Assembly (NCBI GenBank): GCA_017465665.1
Contig: JAFTVU010000069.1
Coordinates: 1,235 to 65,234, forward strand
DNA from: Oscillospiraceae bacterium
GTDB taxonomy: Bacteria > Bacillota > Clostridia > Oscillospirales > Ruminococcaceae
Direction of reading: 5' to 3'
DNA length: 64,000 nt
Shown: positions 51,230 to 63,635 of the stretch, in pieces
Layout of the letters: each line of letters starts with the position of its first letter
Position numbering within the stretch: the stretch's first letter is position 1
Notes under the pieces: generated by a model
The model's input: the letters and a program-made list of their open reading frames with translations, nothing else
Database searches by the model: none
What the model was told of the DNA's origin: nothing
Program-made: the position numbers and the translations under genes

Positions 51230-52051
51230 TTATATTGAAATCAGTTTTGGATTAAATATACAATCTGTGCCAAGCTCATTTTTGCTTACTCCTATCATAG
51301 CCTGAACAGGCTTTCCGTCCAGCATTATAACATCTGCCCTGAATATGGGAATAAGTGCGCTTCCGCCTACCGTATGGCAGGGAACGAGCCGTATCGCTTC
51401 GATAGCATCCGTGCTACCGCTCAGATAAGTACGGATATTATCGGGTAATATCGGTTCGATCGCTGTTTTCGTGCATATAATTACTGGTGTACCGCTGAAC
51501 GGATCGCAAAGTGAGTTCCCGGTATCGGGTATCGCTTTGAGCGTTACACTTCCGCACAGACGCTTGATGGTGATATCCTTAATTTCAGCGCCGATACTGC
51601 GTTTATCAGAGAGGTATCTCATTGAGCGGACCACTGTGTAGGCGATCGCAGTGAATATTGCTACCGCTATCATCGGCACGTCAAAATAGGCGGCACCGTT
51701 ACGATAGTACATCCCCATCGGAGCAGCGTATGACCACAGTGCCAGCATAAGCCCCGCGTACATGAAGCTGATAACCATGAAGCATAGTATATCTATGATG
51801 AAGTCTGATAATCCACGGTAGCCGAATGCTGCAAAAGCAGTTGCCGCTCCACTGATAGTTTTGATAAGCACCGTTAGGATGAACGGCAGCTCAGGCAGGA
51901 ATATACACAGCGAGAACAAAGCTCCGACCGAGGCTGCGGCAAGCGTCCTTTTTGCTGATATATTTCTGTGCAGAAACAGTGCAGTTCCTCTTATAAGAAA
52001 GTAATTTATGTACAGGTTAAGAGCCAGCAGGACATCGATATAAATGGTCAT
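51230..52051 (-). CDS. spoIIGA: Pro-sigmaE processing aspartic protease
   Basis: MTIYIDVL, 5 TM, DTGNSLCDP; upstream of sigE. Confidence 0.93.
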   Translation of the reverse strand: MTIYIDVLLALNLYINYFLIRGTALFLHRNISAKRTLAAASVGALFSLCIFLPELPFILTVLIKTISGAATAFAAFGYRGLSDFIIDILCFMVISFMYAGLMLALWSYAAPMGMYYRNGAAYFDVPMIAVAIFTAIAYTVVRSMRYLSDKRSIGAEIKDITIKRLCGSVTLKAIPDTGNSLCDPFSGTPVIICTKTAIEPILPDNIRTYLSGSTDAIEAIRLVPCHTVGGSALIPIFRADVIMLDGKPVQAMIGVSKNELGTDCIFNPKLISI

Positions 52052-52110
52052 AACATCCCCCCGTGTTCCGTGTATTAATATTATATTCCATTACCGTTGC
52101 GAAAAATGTA

Positions 52111-52192
52111 AAACGGCAGGAGTATTTCCTGCCGTTTTTGGATGTTAAAAAGAAAAGGCACACATCAATGGTCGAAAACATGATGTGTGCCT
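52111..52192 (-). terminator. Two terminator hairpins after prfC
   Basis: AAACGGCAGGA..TCCTGCCGTTT and GGCACACATCA..TGATGTGTGCC. Confidence 0.7.
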
Positions 52193-52203
52193 TACGTTAT
52201 ACA

Positions 52204-53808
52204 TTAATCCCTGTTGAACTCTGCAAGCTCCAGCCCCTCGTTCTTGTCCAGCGCCCACTTGATGTTCCATTCACTTGTGAAGATGAGCAGATAATTGCCC
52301 TTGACATCCTGAATTAGCTTAGTATCGGAGGTGAGTATCAGCTTGTTCAGCTCATCCATCCCGCCTGCGATGTGCTTTTCGCTGGTTATCCATCTGATAT
52401 ACTGGTAGGGAAGACCCTCACGGATGATGTCCACGTTGTACTCGTTCTTCAGACGGTATTCCAGTACCTCGAACTGCAGTACGCCTACAACGCCTACGAT
52501 TACTTCCTCAAAGCCTGTCTGCGGCTCGGAGAAGATCTGGATAGCACCCTCCTGTGCTATCTGTGTAGTACCCTTGATGAACTGCTTACGCTTCAGTGTA
52601 TCCTTTTGTCTGATACGCGCGAAATGCTCGGGCGCAAAGGTAGGGATGCCCTCAAACTTTACCTTTTTCTTAGGAGAGCACAGTGTATCTCCGATAGAGA
52701 AGATGCCTGGGTCAAACACGCCCATGATATCACCTGCATAAGCCTCAGATATCACCTCGCGCTCGCTTGCCATTATCTGCTGCGGCTGAGAAAGGCGCAT
52801 TTTGTGATTGTTCTGTACATGCAGCACTTCCATATCCTTATCAAATCTGCCGCTGCATATACGCATGAAAGCGATACGGTCACGGTGAGCCTTGTTCATG
52901 TTTGCCTGTATCTTGAATACAAAAGCGGAGAACTCCTCATCAAACGGGTCAACGATACCGTCCTCGGTGTTTCTGGGCAGAGGAGAGGTGGTCATCTGCA
53001 GGAAGTGTTCAAGGAAAGGCTCTACGCCGAAGTTTGTGAGTGCAGAGCCAAAGAAAACGGGAGAGAGCTTACCGTTGTTGACAAGCTCAGCGTCAAATTC
53101 CTCGCTTGCTCCGTCAAGCAGTTCGATATCCTCAGTCAGAGTATCATAGTTGTTCTGACCTATGATATCTGCAAGGGATGCATCGTTGAGATCGACCTCT
53201 GTGGCTGCGACCTCGCGTGAGCCGTTGTTTGCCTCAAAGGAGATGATACGTCTGCTGGAGCGCTCATATACACCCTTGAAATCCTTACCTGAGCCTATGG
53301 GCCAGTTTACGGGATAGGTCTTGATACCAAGCTCGTTCTCTATCTCATCCAGAAGATCAAAGGGATTGCGCGAATCTCTGTCCATCTTGTTCACAAATGT
53401 AAAGATAGGGATATTACGCATAGTGCAGACCTTGAACAGCTTTCTTGTCTGGTTCTCTACACCCTTTGCAGCGTCGATCACCATTACGGCACTGTCAGCC
53501 GCCATCAGTGTGCGGTAGGTATCCTCAGAGAAGTCCTGATGTCCGGGGGTATCGAGAATATTGATGCAATACCCGTTATAGTTGAACTGCATTACAGAAG
53601 ATGTAACAGAGATACCACGCTGCTTTTCTATCTCCATCCAGTCAGAGGTAGCGTGACGGGCATTCTTCTTGCCTTTAACAGCACCTGCGAGAGTGATAGC
53701 GCCTCCGTAAAGCAGAAATTTTTCTGTAAGAGTTGTTTTACCTGCGTCAGGGTGGGAGATAATAGCAAAGGTACGGCGTTTTTCGATTTCGTGTCTGATG
53801 TCAGCCAT
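52204..53808 (-). CDS. prfC: Peptide chain release factor 3
   Basis: RRTFAIISHPDAGKTT, SDWMEIEKQRGISV, DTPGHQDFSED. Confidence 0.97.
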   Translation of the reverse strand: MADIRHEIEKRRTFAIISHPDAGKTTLTEKFLLYGGAITLAGAVKGKKNARHATSDWMEIEKQRGISVTSSVMQFNYNGYCINILDTPGHQDFSEDTYRTLMAADSAVMVIDAAKGVENQTRKLFKVCTMRNIPIFTFVNKMDRDSRNPFDLLDEIENELGIKTYPVNWPIGSGKDFKGVYERSSRRIISFEANNGSREVAATEVDLNDASLADIIGQNNYDTLTEDIELLDGASEEFDAELVNNGKLSPVFFGSALTNFGVEPFLEHFLQMTTSPLPRNTEDGIVDPFDEEFSAFVFKIQANMNKAHRDRIAFMRICSGRFDKDMEVLHVQNNHKMRLSQPQQIMASEREVISEAYAGDIMGVFDPGIFSIGDTLCSPKKKVKFEGIPTFAPEHFARIRQKDTLKRKQFIKGTTQIAQEGAIQIFSEPQTGFEEVIVGVVGVLQFEVLEYRLKNEYNVDIIREGLPYQYIRWITSEKHIAGGMDELNKLILTSDTKLIQDVKGNYLLIFTSEWNIKWALDKNEGLELAEFNRD

Positions 53809-53960
53809 AGATTTTCTTCCTTTTATTCAAGATTTATAGATGTTCTTACGAACAGCACATACTTTATAATTATACGATAACAATGGAATATTGTCAAGTC
53901 TTTTACAGCTGATGAATAGACAATTTGTGTTAGTTTGTGTTCATATTATAGCAAAAAGTA

Positions 53961-53989
53961 TTGCCAATAGCAGTACTTTATGGTATAAT
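53961..53989 (+). promoter_or_regulatory. sigmaA promoter of DUF951-prfA operon
   Basis: TTGCCA-17bp-TATAAT with TG extension. Confidence 0.75.
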
Positions 53990-54243
53990 AAATTAGGCTT
54001 ATTTCAAACGCCTTGCGGCTTTTGCGCCTAATTTATTGAACGGCTGAAAAGACGGCTATCGCCGTCTGTGCCTGTCGGCACTCAAACGCTTCTGCGTTTG
54101 TTTTCATGGTATAATGAAAACAGCTCATGTCAATTGCCTGCGGCAGTTGCGCTGTTTTCATTGAAGCATATCCCTTGTCTGCTGAGCAGACATAACGGCT
54201 GTCGCCGTTTTACAGTGCTTTCGCACTGAGGATATGCTATAAT
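53980..54243 (+). repeat. Two tandem ~127-bp structured elements delimited by three ATG(G/C)TATAAT direct repeats
   Basis: Repeats at 53980, 54106, 54234; each unit has a 12-bp stem domain, GAA, then a three-hairpin junction; compensatory changes between units. Confidence 0.8.
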
Positions 54244-54277
54244 ATATACATATATGCACTTTTTAAGGAGGGAGAGT

Positions 54278-54472
54278 ATGGATATCAGAACAGGTGATAT
54301 TCTTGTTATGAAGAAGCCACATCCAGGCTGTGGAAGTTATGAGATGCTGGTACAACGCTGCGGCGCAGATTTCAGGCTCTGCTGCAGGGGTTGCGGTCAC
54401 ACATTCATGATACCTCGTCCCAAATGCGAAAAGAAGATAAGATCAGTCATCCGTGATGAAAAGAATGATTGA
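54278..54472 (+). CDS. DUF951 family protein
   Basis: GDILVMKKPHPGCGS..RCGADFRLCCRGCGH. Confidence 0.88.
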   Translation: MDIRTGDILVMKKPHPGCGSYEMLVQRCGADFRLCCRGCGHTFMIPRPKCEKKIRSVIRDEKND

Positions 54473-54488
54473 TACGGAGGAATAAATA

Positions 54489-55565
54489 ATGCTCGAAAAA
54501 CTAAGAATGGCTGAGGCGCGTTATGATGAGATCAGCGCGAAGCTCAGTGATCCTGCCGTTATTTCAGATAATGAATCGTACAGATCTCTTATGAAAGAGT
54601 ATAAGTCGCTTACTCCACTGATAGATACCTATAAAGATTACCGTAATGCTGTCAACACCTGTGAGGAAGCCCGTAAATTAATTGAAGAAACATCCGATGA
54701 TCCTGAGATGAAAGAATTTCTGCAGCTTACCTATGATGAAAATAAGGAGTTTGCCGAAAAGCTTGAGGGTGATCTGAAGATATTACTGCTTCCTAAGGAT
54801 CCCGATGATGACCGTAACGTTATCGTTGAGATACGCGGTGGTGCAGGCGGAGATGAAGCAGCACTGTTTGCAAACTCGCTTTTCAGAATGTATACCATGT
54901 ACGCACAGGCTCAGGGCTGGAAGATCGAGCTGATAAGTGCTAACCAGACTGAGTTAGGCGGATATAAAGAAGTCTGTTTCAGTGTTGAGGGCGAGGGCGC
55001 TTACGCAAAGCTGAAATATGAGAGCGGCGTGCATCGTGTACAGCGTGTCCCCGAAACGGAATCCCAGGGCAGGATTCACACCTCAACGATAACAGTTGCT
55101 GTGCTTCCTGAGGTAGAGGAGGTCGATGTTGATATCAACCCTGCCGATCTTACTATTCAGACCTACCGTTCAAGCGGTGCAGGAGGTCAGCATATCAATA
55201 AGACTGAATCCGCAATACGAATAATCCATAACCCTACAGGCGTGGTTGTTGAGTGTCAGGAGGAGCGCTCCCAGTTCAAGAACAGGGATAAGGCGATGAA
55301 GATGCTTTACAGCAAGCTGTATGAGGCAAAGCTTAACGAGCGTGATAGCCAGATAGCAGAGGAACGCCGTATACAGGTAGGTACAGGTGATCGTTCCGAG
55401 CGTATACGCACATACAATTATCCTCAGTCCAGAGTGACAGATCACCGCATAGGTCTTACGCTGTATAAGCTTGACAGCATAATGAACGGTGACTGCGATG
55501 AGGTCTTTGAGGCGCTGCGCCTTGCTGATCAGACGGCAAAGCTTCTCAAGCAAAAGGAAAGCTGA
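54489..55565 (+). CDS. prfA: Peptide chain release factor 1
   Basis: PET anticodon motif, [13 protein letters not shown]. Confidence 0.97.
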   Translation: MLEKLRMAEARYDEISAKLSDPAVISDNESYRSLMKEYKSLTPLIDTYKDYRNAVNTCEEARKLIEETSDDPEMKEFLQLTYDENKEFAEKLEGDLKILLLPKDPDDDRNVIVEIRGGAGGDEAALFANSLFRMYTMYAQAQGWKIELISANQTELGGYKEVCFSVEGEGAYAKLKYESGVHRVQRVPETESQGRIHTSTITVAVLPEVEEVDVDINPADLTIQTYRSSGAGGQHINKTESAIRIIHNPTGVVVECQEERSQFKNRDKAMKMLYSKLYEAKLNERDSQIAEERRIQVGTGDRSERIRTYNYPQSRVTDHRIGLTLYKLDSIMNGDCDEVFEALRLADQTAKLLKQKES

Positions 55566-55582
55566 CGAAAGGAAATGATACG

Positions 55583-56593
55583 GTGAACACCGAAGTTTTG
55601 ATATATTCTCCCGAAAGCATACAAAAGGCAGCTGAAATCCTTAAAGCAGGCGGTATCGTCGGTATGCCGACAGAAACGGTGTATGGTCTTGCCGCTAATG
55701 CGCTTGATGAAAACGCAGTACGGGATATCTTTGTTGCCAAGGGCAGACCACAGGATAATCCGCTTATCGTGCATATCAGCAGCATAGATATGCTGCCGAA
55801 GCTGGTTCGTGAGATACCTGACGTTGCTCTGCGTTTAGCGCAGCGCTTCTGGGGCGGACCTCTGACGATGATATTTCCCAAGGCTGATATCATTCCTGCT
55901 GTTACCAGCGGTGGACTTGATACTGTTGCTGTAAGAATGCCCGCAAGCGAAGCGGCAAGGGATATAATCAATGCGTGTGGTTTCCCTATAGCTGCTCCAT
56001 CTGCTAATCTCTCGGGAAGTCCCAGTCCTACCACTGCACAGCATGTTTTCCGTGATATGGATGGTCGTATACCGCTTATCATAGATGATGGTGCGTGCTC
56101 ATGCGGTGTGGAGAGTACGGTCATCTGCTTCAGGGATGGTAGGATACACATTTTACGTCCGGGTGGAGTTACTGCGGAAATGCTGTCAGAGTTTGCTGAG
56201 GTGGAGATCGACAAAGCTGTAAGTGCAAAGCCTGCGGAGAATGAAAAGGTGCTGTCTCCCGGTATGAAATACAAGCACTATTCGCCGAAAGCTGATGTAT
56301 TTATAGTTGATGAGCACGGTGATGCATTTTTAAGGTATTGTAATGCAAATATCAATGGGAACACGGTGGCTATGGGAATCGGCGTTACAGAGCAGGATAT
56401 CTTCATCGATTACGGAGCTACACCTGAGCTTCAGGCACAGCGTTTGTTTGCACTGCTCAGAAAAGCCGATGACGATGGTGCGGATACTGTATATGTTGAG
56501 ATGCCATCACGCGAGGGCGTTGGTCTTGCGGTATATAACCGTCTGCTCAGAGCAGCTGGATTCAGGGTGGTAAAGAATGATAAAGCTGAGTGA
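55583..56593 (+). CDS. sua5: Sua5-type L-threonylcarbamoyladenylate synthase
   Basis: PTETVYGL, KGRPQDNPLIVH, APSANLSG, SPGMKYKHYSP. Confidence 0.95.
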   Translation: MNTEVLIYSPESIQKAAEILKAGGIVGMPTETVYGLAANALDENAVRDIFVAKGRPQDNPLIVHISSIDMLPKLVREIPDVALRLAQRFWGGPLTMIFPKADIIPAVTSGGLDTVAVRMPASEAARDIINACGFPIAAPSANLSGSPSPTTAQHVFRDMDGRIPLIIDDGACSCGVESTVICFRDGRIHILRPGGVTAEMLSEFAEVEIDKAVSAKPAENEKVLSPGMKYKHYSPKADVFIVDEHGDAFLRYCNANINGNTVAMGIGVTEQDIFIDYGATPELQAQRLFALLRKADDDGADTVYVEMPSREGVGLAVYNRLLRAAGFRVVKNDKAE

Positions 56594-57182
56594 TAAAAGA
56601 ATGATCGGGCTTATAGGAATGTCAGGAGCAGGAAAATCCACTGTATGCCGCATTTTTGCCGATAATGGATATACTGTTATTGATTGTGATATTTCAGCAC
56701 GTGAAGTCGTAGAGAAAGGTTATAGCAGCTTGGATGAGTTGAAAAACGAGCTTTCTCCCGAAGTGATCACACCTGATGGAACACTTGACAGAAAAAAGAC
56801 CGCAGAGCTCATCTTCAATAATGATGATAAAAGAATGACCTTTAATCGCATTATTTACCCATACATTACCTATAATGTTATTGAGAAGATAAAAGCAGCC
56901 GGGGGCGATGTGCTGCTTGACGCTCCTACCTTGTATGAGGCACGTCTTGATGGTATCTGTGACTATATCGTTTCTGTCTGTGCGGATATGGGTGTGTGCG
57001 TGCAGCGTATAATGAATCGTGACAATATTACAGAGGAGATGGCGAGGGCAAGGCTTGGCTCGCAGCATGACATTGAGTGGTATAAGGAGCGGTCTTCCTG
57101 TTGTATCATCAATAATGGCGATGTGGATGAGCTTTATGCCGCCGCAGAAAGCATTATATCACAATTGAAAGGGAGCGTATGA
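56577..57182 (+). CDS. coaE: Dephospho-CoA kinase
   Basis: IGLIGMSGAGKSTV, IDCD, LDAPTLYE. Confidence 0.92.
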   Translation: MIKLSDKRMIGLIGMSGAGKSTVCRIFADNGYTVIDCDISAREVVEKGYSSLDELKNELSPEVITPDGTLDRKKTAELIFNNDDKRMTFNRIIYPYITYNVIEKIKAAGGDVLLDAPTLYEARLDGICDYIVSVCADMGVCVQRIMNRDNITEEMARARLGSQHDIEWYKERSSCCIINNGDVDELYAAAESIISQLKGSV

Positions 57183-57763
57183 GCAGAGTAAGGAATAGAA
57201 AGAGATCGGGCTGGCTCGGTTTTGTGATGATCATCGTGCTTATAGCTTTTCTTGTTGCGGCAGGATATTATTCCTACCGAAAATGGATATACGCAGAGCA
57301 TCCGTTGAAGTATACAGAATACGTAGAAAGCTATTCACGTGAATATGGTATTGATAAGTATCTCGTCTACGCTGTTATCAAGACGGAAAGCGGCTATGAC
57401 AGTACTGCTGTTTCAAATGTCGGTGCCAGGGGTCTTATGCAGATAATGGAGGATTCGTTCGAATGGATCAAATTCAAGCTCGGTGATGAGGATACGGTAT
57501 ACGCTGATATGTTCATAGCAGAGGAGAATATCCGTTACGGCTGCTTTCTGCTGGGATATCTCTATGACGAGTTCGGCAATGTTGAAGCGGCGATGGCTGC
57601 CTACCACGCAGGCAGGGGTGCGGTAAACAGCTGGCTTGAAGATCCTGCATATTCTTCTGATGGTATTCATCTTGATGTTATACCGATATCTGATACTGCA
57701 CATTATGTAAATAAGATAACTACAGCTCTTGAAACCTACAAAGAGCTATATGAATACAATTAA
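57179..57763 (+). CDS. SLT lytic transglycosylase
   Basis: AVIKTES, GARGLMQI, AAYHAG; N-terminal TM. Confidence 0.92.
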   Translation: MSRVRNRKRSGWLGFVMIIVLIAFLVAAGYYSYRKWIYAEHPLKYTEYVESYSREYGIDKYLVYAVIKTESGYDSTAVSNVGARGLMQIMEDSFEWIKFKLGDEDTVYADMFIAEENIRYGCFLLGYLYDEFGNVEAAMAAYHAGRGAVNSWLEDPAYSSDGIHLDVIPISDTAHYVNKITTALETYKELYEYN

Positions 57764-57782
57764 CAGAAAGGAAATCTATAAT

Positions 57783-59186
57783 ATGGCAAAGAAAGAAAAC
57801 ACAGCAAAGGCTCTCAAAGAGAAGCTGTTGATGAACAAAGAAAATGCAGCAAAGGTAATGTCCGATGCTGAGCTCAGAAAGTGCGACAAATTCTGTGAGG
57901 GCTACAAAAAGTTCCTTGATATCGCAAAGACAGAGCGTGAAGCTACTGCTTTTATTGAGCAGGAGGCAATCGCTAAGGGCTTTGTAAAGTTCGACAGAAA
58001 GGCATCGTACAAGGCTGGCGATAAGGTTTATTATGTCAACCGTGAAAAAGCTGTCATTCTTGCCGTTATCGGTAAGGAAGCTATTGAAAACGGCGTGAAC
58101 ATCCTTGCTGCTCATATCGATTCTCCGCGTCTTGATCTCAAGCAGAATCCTCTGTATGAAAAGGATGAGGTCGGTTATTTCAAGACACATTATTATGGTG
58201 GAATCAAGAAGTATCAGTGGCCTACCGTTCCGCTTTCCCTGCACGGTGTTATTGTAAAAGCTGATGGCAGCAAGATCACTGTTACTATCGGCGAGGATGA
58301 TAACGATCCCGTATTCTGCGTTTCCGATCTGCTTCCGCATCTTGCAAGCGCACAGTATAAGCGCCCTGCTACAGAGCTTATCAAAGGTGAGGAGCTTAAT
58401 ATCATCATCGGCTCTCGTCCGTTTAAGGATGATGAGGGCAGTGAGCTTGTAAAGCTCAATCTCATGATGATACTTAACGAGAAGTATGGTATCACAGAAG
58501 CTGATTTCCTTTCCGCTGAGCTTGAAGCTGTTCCTGCTTTTAAGGCAAAGGACATCGGTTTTGACAGAAGCCTTGTAGGAGCATACGGCCAGGATGACAG
58601 AGTTTGCGCTTATACCGAGCTGATGGCTATACTTGGCGCGAAGTCACCAAAGAGAACAGCAGTTGCAGTTCTTACAGATAAAGAGGAGACAGGCAGCGAC
58701 GGCAACACAGGTCTCTGCTCTGCATATCTGAAGTACTTTATTGCAGATCTTGCGGCTTGCTTTGGTGCAGAGGGAAGAACAGTGCTTTCTGCCTCCAAGT
58801 GCCTTTCTGCCGATGTCAATGCCGCTTATGATCCTACTTTCCCTGATGTATTCGAAAAGAACAACAGCGCAGTGCTTAACGGTGGTGTTTGCGTAACAAA
58901 ATACACTGGCTCCCGCGGAAAGAGCGGCACATCCGATGCAAGTGCAGAGTTCGTGGGTGAGGTCAGAGCGCTTCTTGATAAAAAGGGCGTTATCTGGCAG
59001 ACAGGCGAGCTTGGTAAGATCGACATCGGTGGCGGCGGAACAGTTGCCGCATATATCGCAAACCTTGATGTTGATACGATCGATGTCGGTGTTCCTGTGC
59101 TTTCCATGCACGCTCCGTTTGAGATCACTGCAAAGACAGACGTTTATGCCGCATTCAAGGCATTTGAAGCATTTATCAACGCATAA
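57783..59186 (+). CDS. M18 family aminopeptidase
   Basis: AHIDSP, GQDDR, DKEE, SMHAP; start MAKK after GAAAGGA. Confidence 0.92.
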   Translation: MAKKENTAKALKEKLLMNKENAAKVMSDAELRKCDKFCEGYKKFLDIAKTEREATAFIEQEAIAKGFVKFDRKASYKAGDKVYYVNREKAVILAVIGKEAIENGVNILAAHIDSPRLDLKQNPLYEKDEVGYFKTHYYGGIKKYQWPTVPLSLHGVIVKADGSKITVTIGEDDNDPVFCVSDLLPHLASAQYKRPATELIKGEELNIIIGSRPFKDDEGSELVKLNLMMILNEKYGITEADFLSAELEAVPAFKAKDIGFDRSLVGAYGQDDRVCAYTELMAILGAKSPKRTAVAVLTDKEETGSDGNTGLCSAYLKYFIADLAACFGAEGRTVLSASKCLSADVNAAYDPTFPDVFEKNNSAVLNGGVCVTKYTGSRGKSGTSDASAEFVGEVRALLDKKGVIWQTGELGKIDIGGGGTVAAYIANLDVDTIDVGVPVLSMHAPFEITAKTDVYAAFKAFEAFINA

Positions 59187-59246
59187 TTTCTGATATTCAC
59201 CCCATTCCGCGCATAGACATAATATGTAAGGAATGGGGGAATTTCA

Positions 59247-59936
59247 ATGTTTTCAGAAAATAAAAGAGCATGGCTTCGTAATGCAGGACTTAAGCTTATT
59301 GCACTCTCGCTTATTTTCATCGGTATGATACTGCTGGTCGATATAAGTCTCAGACCCGTAGTTGAAAGAACGAATGAGATCGAGTGCCGCGCTGTTGTCA
59401 CAGATATGATCAATACGGCAGTGACAGAGGAACTCAGGCGTGATGATGTTGATTATGACAGGCTTGTGGAGCTTTCCACTAACGATGACGGAGATGTAAT
59501 ATCGGTTGAAAGCAATGTAATGAACATAAATCGTCTGCAGGCGAATATTTCCACGCGGCTGAACAGGGAATTGGAACGAATATCCGCGATAGATATAGAG
59601 GTACCTGTAGGAACGCTTATGGGTATGCAGTTTTTTCATGGTCACGGGTTTGATGTCGGAATGTCATTGCAGCCGATCGGCTACCCTAAAACACAGATAA
59701 TCAGTGAGTTTACCGAGGCAGGTATAAACCAGACAAGACATCGTATCATCGTTCAGATAAGCGTTGCAGTTGATGCTGTTGTACCCGGGTATTCTACTGA
59801 TGTTACTGTGAGTACTGCAATAACAGCCGCCGAGACCATCATAATCGGACGTGTTCCCGATGCATATACACATGTAGTCTCTTCTGACGGTGACCTTGTA
59901 GGTACGCTTGAAGATTACGAAGCTGAAACATATTAG
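59247..59936 (+). CDS. yunB: Sporulation protein YunB
   Basis: N-terminal TM, SEFTEAGINQTRH, AETIIIGRVP. Confidence 0.9.
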   Translation: MFSENKRAWLRNAGLKLIALSLIFIGMILLVDISLRPVVERTNEIECRAVVTDMINTAVTEELRRDDVDYDRLVELSTNDDGDVISVESNVMNINRLQANISTRLNRELERISAIDIEVPVGTLMGMQFFHGHGFDVGMSLQPIGYPKTQIISEFTEAGINQTRHRIIVQISVAVDAVVPGYSTDVTVSTAITAAETIIIGRVPDAYTHVVSSDGDLVGTLEDYEAETY

Positions 59937-61925
<1,989 letters not shown>

Positions 61926-61964
61926 AAATAAAATGGCTGTATGAATCCTCATACAGCCTTTCGC

Positions 61965-62507
61965 TTATTCAAAATACTTATCAAGATACCTGCTGAACTC
62001 CGCTGGGTCAGCCTTGATCTTGTTCTTTATCTTCTCGGCGCTGTCCTTGTCGCCTGTGTAGATGTTAAGATAATATTTCTGCTTGCCTGTAATATCATCC
62101 TTAATTGATATACCGATGGTGCAGGAGCCGTTTTCATTCTCTGCATAGCGAACTGCAAACAGCTTATCCTTTTTCATCGCGTCACGGGTGTAGACCTTTA
62201 CTGCTTCCTCGAACATCTTTTCGCGGATAGAGGCAGGGAGTATGTTCCCGAATTCCCTTGCAGCAGTATCACCGAGCTTTGTATTGGTGTATACAAGGTC
62301 GCCGTCAAGCTCCTCAACGGTGCACAGACGTTCTTCAATACCATCAAGTGCCTCGGCAAGATCAAAGTAGCTGACAGCCTGCTCCAGTGAGGTTATCTCC
62401 ATCAGCTGCTCTCTTTTCAGAGGACATCCGAGTGAATAGATAAGGTGACAAACTAATATACGGATGGACTGGATATCCTCCACCCTTATTCTAGGTACGT
62501 TTTTCAT
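61965..62507 (-). CDS. DUF4364-like hypothetical protein
   Basis: IRILVCHLI..PL..VSYFDL..LPASIRE winged-helix-like pattern. Confidence 0.65.
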   Translation of the reverse strand: MKNVPRIRVEDIQSIRILVCHLIYSLGCPLKREQLMEITSLEQAVSYFDLAEALDGIEERLCTVEELDGDLVYTNTKLGDTAAREFGNILPASIREKMFEEAVKVYTRDAMKKDKLFAVRYAENENGSCTIGISIKDDITGKQKYYLNIYTGDKDSAEKIKNKIKADPAEFSRYLDKYFE

Positions 62508-62546
62508 ATATTTTCCCCCTGAGTTTATGTCTGTTTCTATTATATT

Positions 62547-63635
62547 TTATATATTGGGATGCTCCATCAGCGCAGAGACCAGAGCGATATTCATAGCCGC
62601 TTCAACGCAGGGAACTGCACGGGGAACTACACAGGGATCGTGTCTGCCCTTGATGATAAGCTCCTCTGTTGTAAGCTCCTTGAAATCAACGCTGTTCTGC
62701 GGTCTGGAGATAGATGGAGTAGGCTTGAATGCTGCTCTGAAAATGATCGGCATTCCCGAGCTGATACCGCCTAAAATACCTCCGTGATTATTTGTAGCAG
62801 TCTTTATTGTATCTCCGTCAAGTATGAAATCATCGTTGTTTTCACTGCCGAACAGCTCTGCACATTCAAAGCCGTTGCCGAATTCGATTCCCTTTACAGC
62901 AGGAATTGCAAACACAAGGCGTGCGATGATGTTTTCAAGACCGTCCATCATAGGAGAGCCAATACCTGCAGGAAAACCAACAGCAGCACACTCGATAACG
63001 CCGCCAACGCTGTCTTGAGCCATACGCGCGTCGTTGATGATCTCACGCATTGCCGCCTCTGCTTCCTCGGAAAAGGTAGGGAATACGCGCTTTTTGATCG
63101 CCTCAAGCTGCTCTGCTGTAATATTCATAGGATCAAAGCGAGGCTCTTTAACATCCCTTACGGATACGATGTGAGCTCCTGTTGTGATACCTCTGTGCTC
63201 CAGTATCTGAGCGCATACAGCGCCTGCGAATACGAGCGGAGCTGTTATTCTTCCCGAAAAGTGTCCGCCGCCACGAGGGTCGTTAGCGCCATTGTATCTT
63301 AGATATCCTGTGTAATCAGCGTGTGCAGGACGAGCAATATGCGATATATTACCGTAATCGGAGGAATGCTGGTCGCTGTTCATGATCACAGAACAGAGGG
63401 GAGTACCAGTAGTCTTTCCGTTGTACAGACCAGAAAGTATCTCGGGAATATCCTTTTCGTTACGCATGGTGCTTGTGCCGTCTTTTTTGGGAGCGCGGCG
63501 CGCCATGAATTCACCGATCTTCTCGAGGTCGATCTCTTCTCCTGCAGGAAGATTGTCAAGTATTACTCCGATACCTTTTCCGTGGGATTCACCAAAAAGC
63601 GATACCGAAATACCACCGTTAAATAATGACGACAT
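62547..63635 (-). CDS. aroC: Chorismate synthase
   Basis: FGESHG, RPAHAD, GGGHFSGR, FKPTPSI, GRHDPC; start MSSLF after GGAGG. Confidence 0.96.
   Translation of the reverse strand: MSSLFNGGISVSLFGESHGKGIGVILDNLPAGEEIDLEKIGEFMARRAPKKDGTSTMRNEKDIPEILSGLYNGKTTGTPLCSVIMNSDQHSSDYGNISHIARPAHADYTGYLRYNGANDPRGGGHFSGRITAPLVFAGAVCAQILEHRGITTGAHIVSVRDVKEPRFDPMNITAEQLEAIKKRVFPTFSEEAEAAMREIINDARMAQDSVGGVIECAAVGFPAGIGSPMMDGLENIIARLVFAIPAVKGIEFGNGFECAELFGSENNDDFILDGDTIKTATNNHGGILGGISSGMPIIFRAAFKPTPSISRPQNSVDFKELTTEELIIKGRHDPCVVPRAVPCVEAAMNIALVSALMEHPNI

Noticed and set aside
54045-54238. tRNA genes or a CRISPR array in the hairpin cluster
   Set aside because: Loops are 3-4 nt with no anticodon loop, T-loop or CCA; no constant repeat with unique spacers and no cas genes
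54232-54260. dif-like site (CTATAA-TATATA)
   Set aside because: The XerD-type arm TTATGTAAACT is absent; the match is explained by the -10 box and AT richness
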